A stretch of 64,000 nt of DNA from Daphnia carinata (GCF_022539665.2 NC_081333.1:2790001-2854000); one strand, 5' to 3'; counted from the stretch's first letter, positions 44,841 to 57,915 are shown. The notes: a model not told the origin generated them from the sequence alone. Made by a program: numbers and translations.

Positions 44841-45952
44841 TGTAAGACAATGAGTTTGCTACTGCACTCACAAGAGCCAAACAATGTTACGCATCGGTTT
44901 CAAATGGCGACAAGACACAATCTACAATCTATAAATCACAACTCAAATCTCAGGCTACAGTTCAGCTTGACATACTATGTGAGGCAATGATGGTGTTCAA
45001 AAAACTTTGAACCCAGTTCTCTTGAATTAATTCTTCTTTACTCGGTCGTGTCGGAACCGTTTTTTTTTCTTTCCAGACAACACCGTCCTAGGCGGGAGAG
45101 ATCTCTCTCCTAACTACAACGGGCGGCAAAATGCTTTTCGATGAGACGCCAGCGCCACCTGCAAGAACTATGCATTACAACAATGGCGTCATCCGGTCAA
45201 CATGTTTCACAAAAGATTTCGTTTCGACAAATAAATCAAAAGTTTGACATACCTTAGACGAACTCACTCCGTCGAATCACGTAAATGCTAAATTTTAAAA
45301 CAAGAAAATTAAAAATTCATCTTTAACGAATAATGTTGCACCTTTTGTGTCAAACCAAGTGGCGGGAATTTCAACTACTGAGACCGCCATGATGATTTCC
45401 AATGTGTACGCACCAGGCCGGTCTTACACACGCAAACTTCAAACACATTTTCTCGTTTAACCATTGCAAAACAACGTGACATATCGCCGGGGAGTTATGT
45501 GAACAGAAAACAAAAAACGACGAGTCGACGCATTTCGATTTAGTTATTAAACCACCGTCATAAACTTTATTTATTTCCTTATAGTCAGGCACAGATGAAT
45601 GTTGAATTATTTATTTGTAAAAAATAAAGGAAAAAAAACAAGCAACGGCAGCACGGCACTAGTAAATAATAATTAAAAAAGAGAAGCAAAATAAAAACAA
45701 TCCGAAAATCGTATAAAATTAGTTTGCAATTACACACGTTAGTTTGATATATTTTGTTTCTCGTTGATAAAATATGATAGAAGAAGCTATCAATTTGATT
45801 TTTTTTTTTTGCTTTCTTCGTTGGTAAAAATACTATAGGATCTGCATAATTTTTCCAGTTACAATTTAAAAAAAAATTAGTTTTCCGAGACACTGTTTTG
45901 TAAGAAAGAGGGGAAGTAAGTCAAACACATAAACGTCTTATCCTACAGCGCA

Positions 45953-46582
45953 TCAACGCGAGTTGGATATCGAAATCGAACGTTCACTCTTGGGGGGAGC
46001 TTTAAGCGAAGAAGCCTTGGTAGGTTTCAGGTAGGACTTGGCTGCGTTGTCGGTTGAGCTGCGCAATGATAGTGGGGAAGACGGTGTAGGAGGAACGCAA
46101 GACTGCGATATCCTGGATGGCCTTCGGTTGGTGGACGTGTCCGGTTTAACGGCAACTACACGGGACGGATGGGCTGCCTCTGTGGCAGCACTTGTTGTGT
46201 GAAGGCGTGAAAGAGGAGGGGTAGGACGAGTGGACGGAGGAGTTGCATCGACACTCCGCTTACGGGCAGGTAAGGAAGGTGTAGGTGCTGGACGTCTATC
46301 GACAAAGCTGAACGAGTGGTAGTATTGCGACATGTTGGTTGTTAGTGGCAGCGAATAGGTTAGCATTCCCTTGTCCACGACGCTGAAGCAACTGATCTCC
46401 GAAACTGCCGGCCGGCCGAGTTTGACAGTCACCTTGTAAGTCAAATCCTGCGAGAGGCTTTGACGTGGCAAGGCAGGCGTGACTGCCAAGGTTAGTGGGT
46501 GGTCGTGCTCGATCCGTTGAGGGCCTGTGAAGGATCCTTTGCGGAGAGCACTGGCCGGGCCGTCAGTCTCGGAGCCAGGGAT
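45953..46582 (-). CDS. Alternative-frame (-1) C-terminal extension ORF overlapping the end of outspread (209 codons downstream of the slippery site)
   Basis: Frame open from 46738 to TGA at 45955-45953; coding-like GC content drops to AT-rich UTR sequence shortly after this stop; no ATG in the first ~120 codons of the frame; begins [18 protein letters not shown] and ends SYLKPTKASSLKAPPKSERSISISNSR. Confidence 0.55.
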   Translation of the reverse strand: MPGSETDGPASALRKGSFTGPQRIEHDHPLTLAVTPALPRQSLSQDLTYKVTVKLGRPAVSEISCFSVVDKGMLTYSLPLTTNMSQYYHSFSFVDRRPAPTPSLPARKRSVDATPPSTRPTPPLSRLHTTSAATEAAHPSRVVAVKPDTSTNRRPSRISQSCVPPTPSSPLSLRSSTDNAAKSYLKPTKASSLKAPPKSERSISISNSR

Positions 46583-49500
46583 AAAAAACCCGACAATCGG
46601 GGGCAGCTGGGTGAGCGGGTCAAGTCCTTGGAGCGGACGTAGTGAAAGCGGATAGATTCGCGCGGCGGAGATTCGCGTGACGGACTGCTCTTGTCGTCGC
46701 TGGAACTGTTCTTCCGACCCAGGATGCTGTTGCAGGCGCTATTGCCCCCGCTACCTCCGCTGGAAGGTCCGCTGAGCAGGAGCAAATCTTCTAATCGGTG
46801 CCGAAGTGCGGCCACTTCATCCGACTGCAACGTTCGTTCCGTTCGCAGGTACTGGCCCATGTTTCGGGCCATGGCAGCCAGCTCCTCTTCGCGAGACTGC
46901 GACTCTCGTAGGCAGAACTGAAGTTCGGCCACATCTTCCTGTAACATGAGCAACTGGCTCTCCTTGGCTCGCAGCACTTCGGCCGGGCTGGCGTCCGGCT
47001 GATGGTCGACGCCCGTTCCCGTATCCAAGAAGGAGCGGAGTTGCTGATTGCGCGAGTCCAAATCGAGGATCTGCCGCTGGGAGACGGCCACCTGTTGGCT
47101 GAGTGACGAGACTTTCTGCTCCAGAGCGGCCGACTCGAGGCACTTGTGCGAATATTTCTCGCTGAGCGACAGGATCTGCCGACGGATTTCCTCCATCTCC
47201 TGTTCCCGGTTGGGTGTCATTTCGCGCTCGGCGGGTGCCTGACGTGCCGCCATTTGGCTGAGGAACTCTTCTTTGAAACGGGCGATTTCACGCTGCACTT
47301 CGGCTTGGTGGGCCTTGCGCATCGCATCTAAAGCGGCCAAAGTGGCCTGTGTCTCTTCCGCCAGAGCCCGTTCTTTTTCAACCTAAAAAAAATAGAGTTA
47401 ATTGAATTATTGTATGTTGATTTTTATTTAAAAAATAATCACACCTGAAGCCGATTCAGGTCTTGTTGGTGTTTTTCTTCCATCTGAGCGATAATACGTT
47501 TGTGAGATCCCTCCATGGCCGACATGCCCTTTTCCGTCAGGGCGCGCAATTGTTCAATTTCGGCCTGGTATTTCTGTCGAATCATTTCCTCGTTGATGGC
47601 AGACGATTTGTTGCCATTGCCTGACATGGACTCTTCCGGCTTGCTGCGAGGCTCCGCTAGGTTGCGGTGCAGTATGGCGGCCACTTCGCCGCAATTCAGC
47701 GAGGCCGGGAAGAAATCCGTGCTGCTCAGCGAGCTGACGATGGCCTCCGTCTCCTGGATGATGCTAACATTTTGCACGATGCTCGAATCCGATCCGGTGG
47801 ATGTCGCTAGCGGTTGCGATGGCGTCTCGCCTTGTAGCACGGCGATGTGCCCGTCTATCAGGGCTTTATGGGCCACTACTTCAGCGAACTCGCTGAGGGC
47901 GGCCTCTAGATCGCCTTCAGGCGGATGCAGGATGGTCGTCTGGGCCTTCATCTGCTGCAAACTGCGCTCGTAGGCGTTGCTCAACAGCAAAACGGCTTCC
48001 TCCATCTCCGATCGGAGAACTTCCTCCACGACTTGACAGCGCTGTTCGTACTGCAGTTGCTGGGCCGGCCAAAGGAGTAGAGCGGATGCTAATCGCTCCT
48101 CGTCCGCCACGTCTTCGGCAAAGACTTCAGCCATACGTGTCATCGCTTGACGGACTTCGCTGTCTACCAGTTCCTTGTTGGCAACTTCTTGAGCTTCCAG
48201 CCAAGCTTCTCGCACCTAAAATGAGAAAATGAGCAAATAGTTTTTGAAATTATTGACAAAAGGATTAAATTTAAAATTTACCTTGACTTCTTCGACGAGC
48301 TGATTGTCGGCACTCGGTCCGTCACCCATGCGAAGGGTTTCGTGAGCCAGCAGACGGGCAAGTTCCTGCAATTTCTCCTCTTTGTATTTGGAAAATAGGA
48401 TGGACAAATCGCGCTCCTCTTCGGCCAAATGTTGGGCCACCCGAGTCGGTAGCATCGAATGATTGGCGGCCATATCGACTCCACCCTCGGCTCCCTGATG
48501 AGAACGGGAAGTGCTGGAAATGGCGGCGATAGCGGACAGGCGTTCAGCCAAAGCGGCGCAATACGTTCCGAAGCTGGTCGATTGGTCCAGCGCCGGAGCG
48601 GATTTTTCGCCGCTCAATTTGCGTTTGAGCCAGCCGAGTTTGTGGATGGTCCAGTTGGCATCGCGGAGCATTTCCCTCTCTTCGGGCAGTTTGGCGGCCG
48701 TCACCATCGAGAGCTGTTCGGCAATCGACAGTTCCAGCGCCAGTTTCTCGGCGGCAATTTGGCTGACGGCGGCCGAGTCAAGTTTGCCCAGGCTGCGGAC
48801 CTGGTCTCGTTTGACTTTGAGCTCCGACAGCCGCACTCTGAGGAGGTCCTGGATCTTTTCCACTTGACAAGCTCCATCCGAAGAAGACACGGCTACTCTG
48901 ACTCCGTCAGGATTGAGCAATTCTTGCTGGATGGCGCGAATTTTGCCAATGAGGCTGTGACCGTCCACCTGGAACGCGATAACGACGTTAAGTCATCGCC
49001 CTTTATTAAACACAGATAATTAAAGTGCGCATTTCTCTTTTACCTTGTTACTGTCGAACATTAGTTCCATCTCGACAACGCACTGTTCCAGATCTTGGAC
49101 AATTTTGGACGGACGAGTGATCGGCCCGTCAGGCATGGCGGATTGTTTGACAGACAGACCTGTCGACGCGGTTCCGCTAGCCGCTTTTAAGGGACTGGAA
49201 CGCGGTGGCTTCCCTTGAGGTGACCTGCCGGGCAGCGAGTTCTTACGCTCTATGGACGACGTCTTCTTGCTGCTGCTTTGACGGCCGGCCACTTGCTGTT
49301 CCAGCTGATCTACTCGCAAGAGGATCTTGACCGAGTCGCCACCAGCAATGGCGCCGCCCTCGAGCGACTTGCGCCGCATACGGAACGATTTAGTCGGCTC
49401 TTCGAATCCTTTACGAGCGCGCGACGGTGGCGTATCTGTTGAAATTATATTTTTACATTCACGACTCGTTACATCACATTAAAACAGTTAAAATGTAAAT

Positions 49501-52500
49501 ACCCTTTTCGGCTGAAGACGATGACGTTCCAGTGCCTAGAGCGGCCATTTTATGTTCCAAATCGACCAATTTATCCTCGACTTCTTTAGAAAGTTGAAAC
49601 GATTCACGGCCCTTGAGCGATTGCGTCCTCCTCTTTTCACGACTCTCTGATTTGGCCACTTTGATCTTGAGCTGGCGGACCTGTTTGTCGGCCGCTGCCA
49701 TTTTGGCCGTCAGATCCTGTACTCGGGCGGCCATTAGACTCAGCTGTGATGTGTAGTCTCCTTCTTTGGCCTGCCATTGCTGTTTCAGAGCCATATGGGC
49801 CACTTCGAAGCCGTCCATCGCCGACTGCGTCTGTCGCAGTTCGCGCTTCAGGGCCCGGATTTCAACTAGGGAACGCTCGAAACGGGCCCGCAACTCGACG
49901 TACTCGTCCACGAGGCTCTCTCGATCTAAAGCCTCCAGGTCGAGATCGTAGTCGATGTTGCTCAGGTCGCTGAGCGAGTCCAGCCGGGGCAAACTCTTCT
50001 TGCTGCTCCCTCCCAGCAGGTTTCGATTGCACAGCTGGAGGGGGAGCGGCATAGAACCGGTGGAACTTCGACTCCGTCTCAAGGAAGACGATCCAGTGCC
50101 CTCGGCTCCGCCAGCGCTACCGCACACGTTCCCGCTGTTTTCCTCCATCTGTCTTAGCCGGGCGAAAAGTCCTTCGTTCTCATCGATGCCGCGCTGGAGC
50201 CGCTCCTGCGTCTGATGCAGAGTGTCTTGCGTCGCTTTCAGCCGACGGTTGAGCACCTCAACTTCGTTCGTCTTGCTCTGGAGCTGATTGAGCGTGTCGT
50301 TGCGGCTGTCCAGCAGAGAGCGCAGCTCCTGCGCAACGTCCCGCAATTTATAAACTTCGGAACGTTCGCGTTTCAAACTATCACGCAACTCGGCGTTCTC
50401 GGTCCGATCGTTGGCCGTCTCATTCCTCAACGAACTTAGTTCCGCTTCCTTCTTATCCAATAGATTCCTATTTAAAAGAAAATTTATTGAGTGAGACAAT
50501 AGGCTATTAAAACACGTTCATTAGCGAGAGTTACTGAATATCTATTAATTGCCGCTGGCTTTCGGCTTTGGTGGCTTCGAGGATGCCGGCCAAGCGGCTC
50601 ATTTGTTGCTCCTTCTCGGCCAGCCTAGCGTTGAGCGTGACCAGCTGCTGCTGGGCCTCCCTCTCCTGTTCACGGCGTTCGTTGAGCAAGCGCGTAATTT
50701 CACACTTGGCCGCATCGAGTCGCGCCTGGAGATGGCCGTCGTTCGATTCGCTGACTGAAGTGGGTGGAACGGAATACACTAGCGCTGTAGCTGGTGGGCT
50801 ATTGGTTCTGACTGAAGACGGCGAGGCGGAACGATGCCGCGATCGAGATCTCGAGCTGGATCTTGATCGGTCCCGCTCTTTCACCTTCAGAAAAGAAATG
50901 CGTTGGGTTAGTTAAAACACGTCGCTACGATATTAAGAGGAAATCAATCACCTTCGACATTGCAGTGCGATTCAACGGAGGTGAGGGCGGAAGCGACGGA
51001 ATGGGTTCCGATCCAGGTAGATTCCCGTCTTCCTCGTCTTCTGACTGATGGACAATGACGTCACCATCGTCCAGTTCGTTATCGTCTTCTTCGTCTGCGT
51101 CGGTGGTCGAACCGTCATACGATTCCAGTGATTCACTGTCCACTTCTCTTCGGCCGATTCCCGCCGGATCGACGTTCTCCTTGACGGCCTTGAGAGCCGC
51201 GGCGCTGGCCGACGAAACTAATTTCGTCGGCAAATGCGCCATTTTCCCTTGTTGATTACAGGCGTTGCGAAGCGCTTGAATCCATTGAGAGCGGATGCCC
51301 GAGGTCAGAGCCGCCAGCGAATGCCTTTTACCATCTACAGCCGCCATTTGAAAGCCATAACTGCGGCCAGAATCGGTTTCCTCCACGCTGGCTATTTGAG
51401 CCATATCGATCGTATCGTCAGCCAATCCAGCATCCTCGGCCGAATGATCGCGGTACAGCGATAACAAACTATACCTCAAAACGAACCAATACTTCTTCCA
51501 TTCTCCCCTAAGTTCAATCAATTAAAAATGATTTTTAAAAAATTCAAAAAATGCAAATGATGTTTCGTCTGCTAACCCGTAAGAAAGGCGAAGGAGCCAG
51601 CCCTTTCTGAGACTGTCGTCCAACAATGGGGAGGTCAATGTCAACGTGGAACGGCGGTCAGGTAATGGCGAACAGAATGACGTCACGGGGTCTAGTCCGC
51701 ATCCATCTGGATCTCCTCGTACCTAATTATTATGCCAAGAAAATGTGTCAAGATCTTCCTCAGTTCTTTTTTCCCTTTATAATTAACCGCCCATTCGAAA
51801 ACATAATGAGGACATGCCCATCAATCAAACTGGGCAGCAACTCATATATTTACCGTTTCTCCGGGCGGATTGATCGTTTCGAGTTGACGACTTGCTTTAG
51901 AAGTTTGACGTTCGCTAGTTGGCCGAGCTAAGGACGTTTCATGTAAGGAGGAGAGTCCGCGTAAACGGTCAGCAGGGGCGGAACCCAGTTCGTGCATGCT
52001 CATGGGTCGATCCTTGCCAGCCATAACGGGCGTTACCGGCTCCGTTTTATGGGACCCTGCCGAGTCCGGCATGTCCTTCGAGCTGCTGTGCCTCGCTCTT
52101 GACGGACCTACATAATAATTTTTTTTTTTTTTAAATCACATCATAAAAATAGAAAATATCTTGGCATAAACATTTGTCCGTTAGTAGCACGTCAACAAGC
52201 GCAAACCGTCATAAAAACAAAAAAAACAAAAGCTGGACAGCTGCTAGTTGCGTGTGTGCGTCTTACTATTCATGTTAGTGAAAGCGTGTTGCAAACTCTC
52301 CAGACTCTCGTAATGTCTGTTGCGCGGGACGTCGGCCATGTACAGGTAGAACGGGCTGTGTGGGTTGGCTGGGTTGTTGATGACGGGCGAGCGCGGTGCT
52401 GCTGGGCTGGCGGCGACGGTAGTCGGCGGGACGGGCGGCAATAAAGCTGATCGTGGCCTGTCGGACGTGCTGCTGCTCAATCCGGCATTGTTCTTGCTGC

Positions 52501-55500
52501 CTATGGGCGCCGTCAAGGTCGAGCTGGGCAGAACCAGGGCGTAACCTTTGCCAGCCGTGTTGTTGGCGCTGCTGTTGTTACCGTTATTCATGTTATTGTT
52601 GCCGGGCGGGATAATAAGGCTGCTCAAAATCTCCGAATTGCAACGCGCACTTCGGGCTCCTCGTATTTCGCGCCGATTGACACGTCTCGCTGGAACATAC
52701 ACAGAAACAAAAATAATAAATCAATAAAAAGCACATCACAATGTGATTTGAATACGTTTACTTTTGATTTTATCGTCGATTAAGTCTTTATCGATGATAA
52801 CAATATCCTTTTCGGCGGCAGTTTTGGCGGCTGGCGGGGGACACGGAGAAGCGGCGACGACGGCCGGAGAAACACTGAGAGGCGCTTCCTTGACGGGAAT
52901 AATGTCGTCTTCGTCGATAGCAATTTTCTTATTGCCGCTACTCCCGTTCCGGCCGTTGGTGTCCTTGACCGGCAATAAGTTGAAGTTCTGCAGTCCGAGA
53001 CCGCCGAGTTGTTGTTGCTGTTGCTGCTGTGCGCCACTTCGCACCAGCGATTCCGTGTGACTGTGGAAACGCGGTCGGGACATGGGCGGCGTCTGGAACG
53101 GCTGGATCGAAACACCTGTTGGGTCCATTTTCCAACAACGCACGAAAATAAAGAAATGCGTCAACGACGTTACGGTAAAGTCTCTCCCACACATCAATTT
53201 TATTACGTCAAACACGAACTATTCATTCCTGATTTGACTGATGTTAAAATGGAATAACATTAACATAATTTTTTTACCTTTACTTAAACAAGGTGAATTG
53301 GGTGCCGTCGACTGTTGGTGTTGCTGTTGTTGTTGCGTCGAAATAATCGTTGTGGCTTTACTTCCGGGGAAGGTGGCATTCCTTTTATGACGGCCGGTCT
53401 ACAAAAAAATAATAATAAATAAACAGAACGTTAGAAAAGGCGGCCGGTCAATCACACGGCCAATTTCCCATCATATACTTAACGTTTATGTTTTTTTTTG
53501 GTTTTTTTTAACAATAATAAATAAATAAATGAAGTAGCACGCAACATACCTTCATATTGGTCCTGGGGAACATGGAGAGGATGTCGAACCACCACTTGGA
53601 TTCTTCACGCGATGTCCCCTTGAGAAAGTGGACACGATCGGCGGCCGTCAAAGCCAAGCTGAACGGGTGGCCCGTCACTTCCTCCGCCTCCGACACTTCC
53701 ACAACACGATTCATGTCGATGATGGCCTGCGGCACCGTCTCCGGCTATAGTACACGTGCGTTCGTGAATAGAGAAATGAAGGGTGATTGTAGAAAATCGT
53801 TTGAAAAATTTCTTTTTAGAAAAATAAGGGCAAAAAAAAAAAACAATGGGGGAAAAATGGTCAGAGAAACCCCACCAAAAATGATTATATATACACACAC
53901 AAAGGTTAGCTGACATCATTCGCCAACAAAAAAAATACAAGGAGACCTCAAGTGGCGGATTAATCAGTTTGTTCCGACTTTTCAGGGGAGGGACAAGGCA
54001 CTGATTATATAGCAAAGCCTTATTGCATTGGCCTTCACTTCTCGTTGAAAGCCTTACAAGTTAATTGGATTTGATATTTTTGATTGACTCGCAACAAGGC
54101 TTCCTCCACCCATTTTTTTAGTGTGTACTGTGTGATTTTTCACTTTGATAAAAAAAAAATCTCAGCAATTTTCTTAATAATTATTATTTAAAGAGAAAAC
54201 GTAAAGAGAAAATGCTTACGTGCTCGTCGACGGAATAGGTCAATTCCCCATCGTCGTAAAGGACGAACCACCTTCGCTGCCATCGCTAACGTGTCCGTCA
54301 ATCAGAATGAAACGAGGCGAACGAGAAAAAAAGGAAACAAAAAAAAAATTGAATCAACCGGTTTGAGAACAATATAATATTAGTGAAAATTTTTAAAAAT
54401 GTTTTTCCATCGACTTTCTTCGTGCGAGGTCGAAGGCCCAACTTTCGATTCGCCTGGCGGGGCCGTTAAAGGGATACAAAAAAAAAAAAAAAAAAACGAA
54501 ATGAATTGAAATAAAAACAAGTGGAATGGTAAAATCCGGTCCAAGGATGTTGTGTGTGGTGGGCGTGAATCAGCTAAAAGTCCAGACGATAGAAGGCGGA
54601 CGCGTAAATAAATTGTAGACATCAATTTTTTTGTTTTGTTTTTTTTTCGGTGAAAACCAAAAACATGAAAATCTTTCTACTACTTAAGACACCCACCCAC
54701 CCCGGGTCTCGTCACGGCTATTGTTGTTGTCTTTATTTTCACGTGATTTCGTGACTTGGCCTTTTAAATGCTTTTTCACATTACACATATTTTTCCCAAA
54801 CTTTATTATTAAGTGTTTTCTTTATCTCGACAACAATAAACCATATATTTTCTCGTGTGTGTTCTATTTTTTCTTTTTAGTAGTTCCATTAATCAGCTAG
54901 GATCATAAAAAAGGTCTTACCTTAGTCCGGTTGATGGGGTTAGAGAAATCCCAGTCGGGTGCGGCAAACAGGTAACCGCATTTGGCTACTTTTCGGCTAG
55001 CCTAAAAAAACATTTTGGGCGGGAATAGAAAAACAAAAAATGTATTAGATTATCATAATAACATTCTTATTATTTATAGTATTATTAGTTTTGAGAGAAA
55101 GGATGTGAAATAAGACACCAGATGGTAAAGAACCCCGAGTATTACAATATTCTTGTTGTATCAAGTTCTTTTCTATTTTTCTTTTTGTCGGTCAAGCGTT
55201 TGTTCACAATAACAAAAGAAGAGCGCAAGCCCCTTCTCTCTTTCCTAAATGAGGCGGAATAGACGTGGGGAGGAAGAAAAATGGATAAAAAAAAAAAGAG
55301 ATGGAAGTGTGGAAGAAGACGCCGTTGCGTTCAATGACCGCACGGGACCTCGTGAGCGCAGCCTACGGCGCTTTTCACGTGTGTTGTACGTCTCTCTCTT
55401 TTTTCTTTTCTCCCGCTTGTATGTTAAACCTCTTGACTGAAGGATGATGACGTCACGAAACGATCGACAACCACATGCTTTTTTTTCTGTTCTATTCTTT

Positions 55501-57915
55501 GGCTTTTTAAGGTGTTGGTCTTCAGTGACAAGATAACGACAGAAGCTTTTTTCTTTCTTTCTATATTTGGGCCGTATTTTTCTTACTCCAAAAGATATTT
55601 ATACTTTTGTGAAACACGCGACCAAATAAACCACACCAAACACATATCCTACAACCCCCCCCCCACCCCCCCAAAAAAAAAAAAATAAAAATTCTTGAAT
55701 TTCTGGCTAAAATGAGAATCGATCAATCAACTCATCAGGAGGTGGTGGCGGTTTCCCACAGCGGTATGTGTTGTTGAAGAAAAAAAACGCAAGCCTCCGG
55801 GTTATCTCCATTTTAACTTATTATTATTATTATTTTAATAAATCCAACTGTTCTGTGTTAGAACCTGTTGACCGAAACCCTGCATATCCAAATAAGGCGA
55901 CAATAAGAGAAAAGGCTTGCGGGAGTTGTAGCCGCGCACTCGCATGTTGCGCATACAATCGCTGATGATGTTTCTCGCTTTCGCCTAATCTTCTCACGGT
56001 TTTCATTTTTTTTTTTTTCGGTCAGGGGTGGCGGTATTTTTTTGAAACATTTTTTGCTTCTTTTAGAATATTTTTTTTTCTGGGTTATTTTATGACAAGG
56101 GATTTAAAAACAGCATGCACGTGGAGAAGCGACAATAAAACCAGGATCTCTCCCCCACCACCTACTCGCATCCTGAAACATCCCGTTATTGACACGCTCG
56201 TAAAAAATGTCCAGCTCCGGGAAGAAATCCGTTAACATCTATTTAGAGCCCTTCTCTATTTTTTTCTTCTTATTCTTCATGGCTAAGTGGATTATATTTT
56301 AATCTTTGATTAAGTTAGAAACCTCTTGCGCGTGTCCGCCATTCTCTTATTGCCTTCAAGCTGTTTCTTTAAAAATGATTTCAGTCGGTATTATCGTAAT
56401 AATGTTTAATCTAACTTTCGTTTGCGTTTCTTGACTAAAAAGGGAGCAAAACACAAATTAGGATAAAAGCCATTCGAATAAATGAATATACAATGGCCGC
56501 CTACACGATCCTTGTCCCTTATTTTTTTTTTATTTATTTTGTTTGTATTTGGCCACGGGCCCGGATGTTAAGATAGCCGAATTACAGGGACACGGACTGG
56601 AATTATATACGAATCGAAACGAAAAAAAAAAAAAAAAGAAAACACAGAACCACCAGCTGTTCAATTTGTGCTTGTGGTCGGCCGGACAGGGTTCCAAGAC
56701 GGGGCCAGAAACAACAACAGCTGGACGCGGTCCAATGACCAAAAACAGACGATTTTCAAGGAGGTAACATGGGTGGGTAGTAAGAAACGAGTAAATCTTA
56801 TGTGTGTGTGTGTGTGTGTGTTGTTCTATTTTTGTGGAGAAAAAAAAAGAACTTACAAGTTCTTTTTCTTCTGAAAAAAAAAAAAAAACTTTGCACAGTT
56901 TTTTGTGTTAGATTCAGTTCCAAGGTTTGTTCCCGAAAAGAGTTCTTTTTAAAAAAATGATGCGATTTGTGTACCATAAAATCAAGACTTTCACTGTAGG
57001 CCAGACACTTGTGTGTGTGTGATGTGGCAGGAGAGGGGCTTTTTTTTTGGGGCCACCTCATTCGAAAGGCGGAGGGCATTGAGCACCTGCAGGCAGACGA
57101 CTGGCTGAGAGCGACTCACGGCCGCTCACATACAATCCATTGACTGCGGTATCGTTAAAAAAAACAATGTCATTCAGTTTTAAAAGTCCTGAATGACAGC
57201 GGAGAACTTTTTGCCACCATTTTTAGAGTTGCCGATAACTTGTCTCATTTTTTTTCGAACTTCATTTCGAAACTACATACCTTTCTTTTCAACCCCAATG
57301 ACGTACCACTAGCAAAACTGTAATGTAATCCCCTTCCCTTACGCGAATGCAGATCACCAAGTGATGCAGTCTCCCGATAACAGATCTGACGGTGGCTTTT
57401 GTCAACAACAAGATTGATAAGAACGACAAAATGCTGCCATTCAAAAGATAGTGGAAACTAAAAGGAATGTGCCTCTTTCTTTTTGAATGACGAAGCCAAG
57501 ATTTGTTGGAAGAAACGTCGTATGAATAATAGGTGGGCCCTGAATGTTCTTTTACAAGTGTGTGTGTGTGTACAAACATGTATGCCACTCGCATGTGCAC
57601 ACACCCAGAATTTTCAGGAGCAAACCAAGCAGAACGAGAAACTCTTCCCAAAAGGAAGCATCATTTTGTTTCGCTCCAACAACATCCTTCCCCACCCTCA
57701 CAAGTCAGGTGGAAAACTTTCCAAACAAGAGTAAAGGATTGTGACAACTGAAAGAGAGAAATGGATGGCTTTTTAAATTGTAAGAATGAGAAATAGTTTA
57801 CCCGATTGTTCTCCAAAGCTTCATCGCTGTGTTCCTCTTTGGCTTTGAAACAGCTGGCACACTTATTCTTGTTGAAAACATTGGGAGCAAACTTTCTGCA
57901 ATCAGCTTTGGACAT
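46492..57915 (-). CDS. osp: Protein outspread (MPRIP/TRIOBP family: N-terminal Cys/His motif, two PH domains, long coiled coil), ~2123 aa, 16 exons: 57915-57802, 55001-54921, 54285-54220, 53744-53550, 53398-53278, 53115-52756, 52689-52267, 52107-51854, 51722-51577, 51507-50952, 50884-50535, 50467-49503, 49435-49044, 48968-48282, 48215-47445, 47382-46492
   Basis: [26 protein letters not shown]1 [41 protein letters not shown]2 [60 protein letters not shown]; exons sum to 6372 nt in frame. One acceptor (53115) is tentative. Confidence 0.92.

Noticed and set aside
46441..46494. Stop-codon readthrough of the osp TAA
   Set aside because: In-frame readthrough adds only ~16 codons before TGA, and UAA is the least leaky stop; the long downstream ORF is in the -1 frame.
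47515..51464. Many + strand ORFs of 60-190 aa over outspread
   Set aside because: Antisense shadows of GC-rich coding exons.
56543..56770. Possible nested antisense exon in osp intron 1 (Drosophila osp hosts nested genes such as Adh)
   Set aside because: Short, no recognisable product, no further exons; no Adh-like sequence seen.
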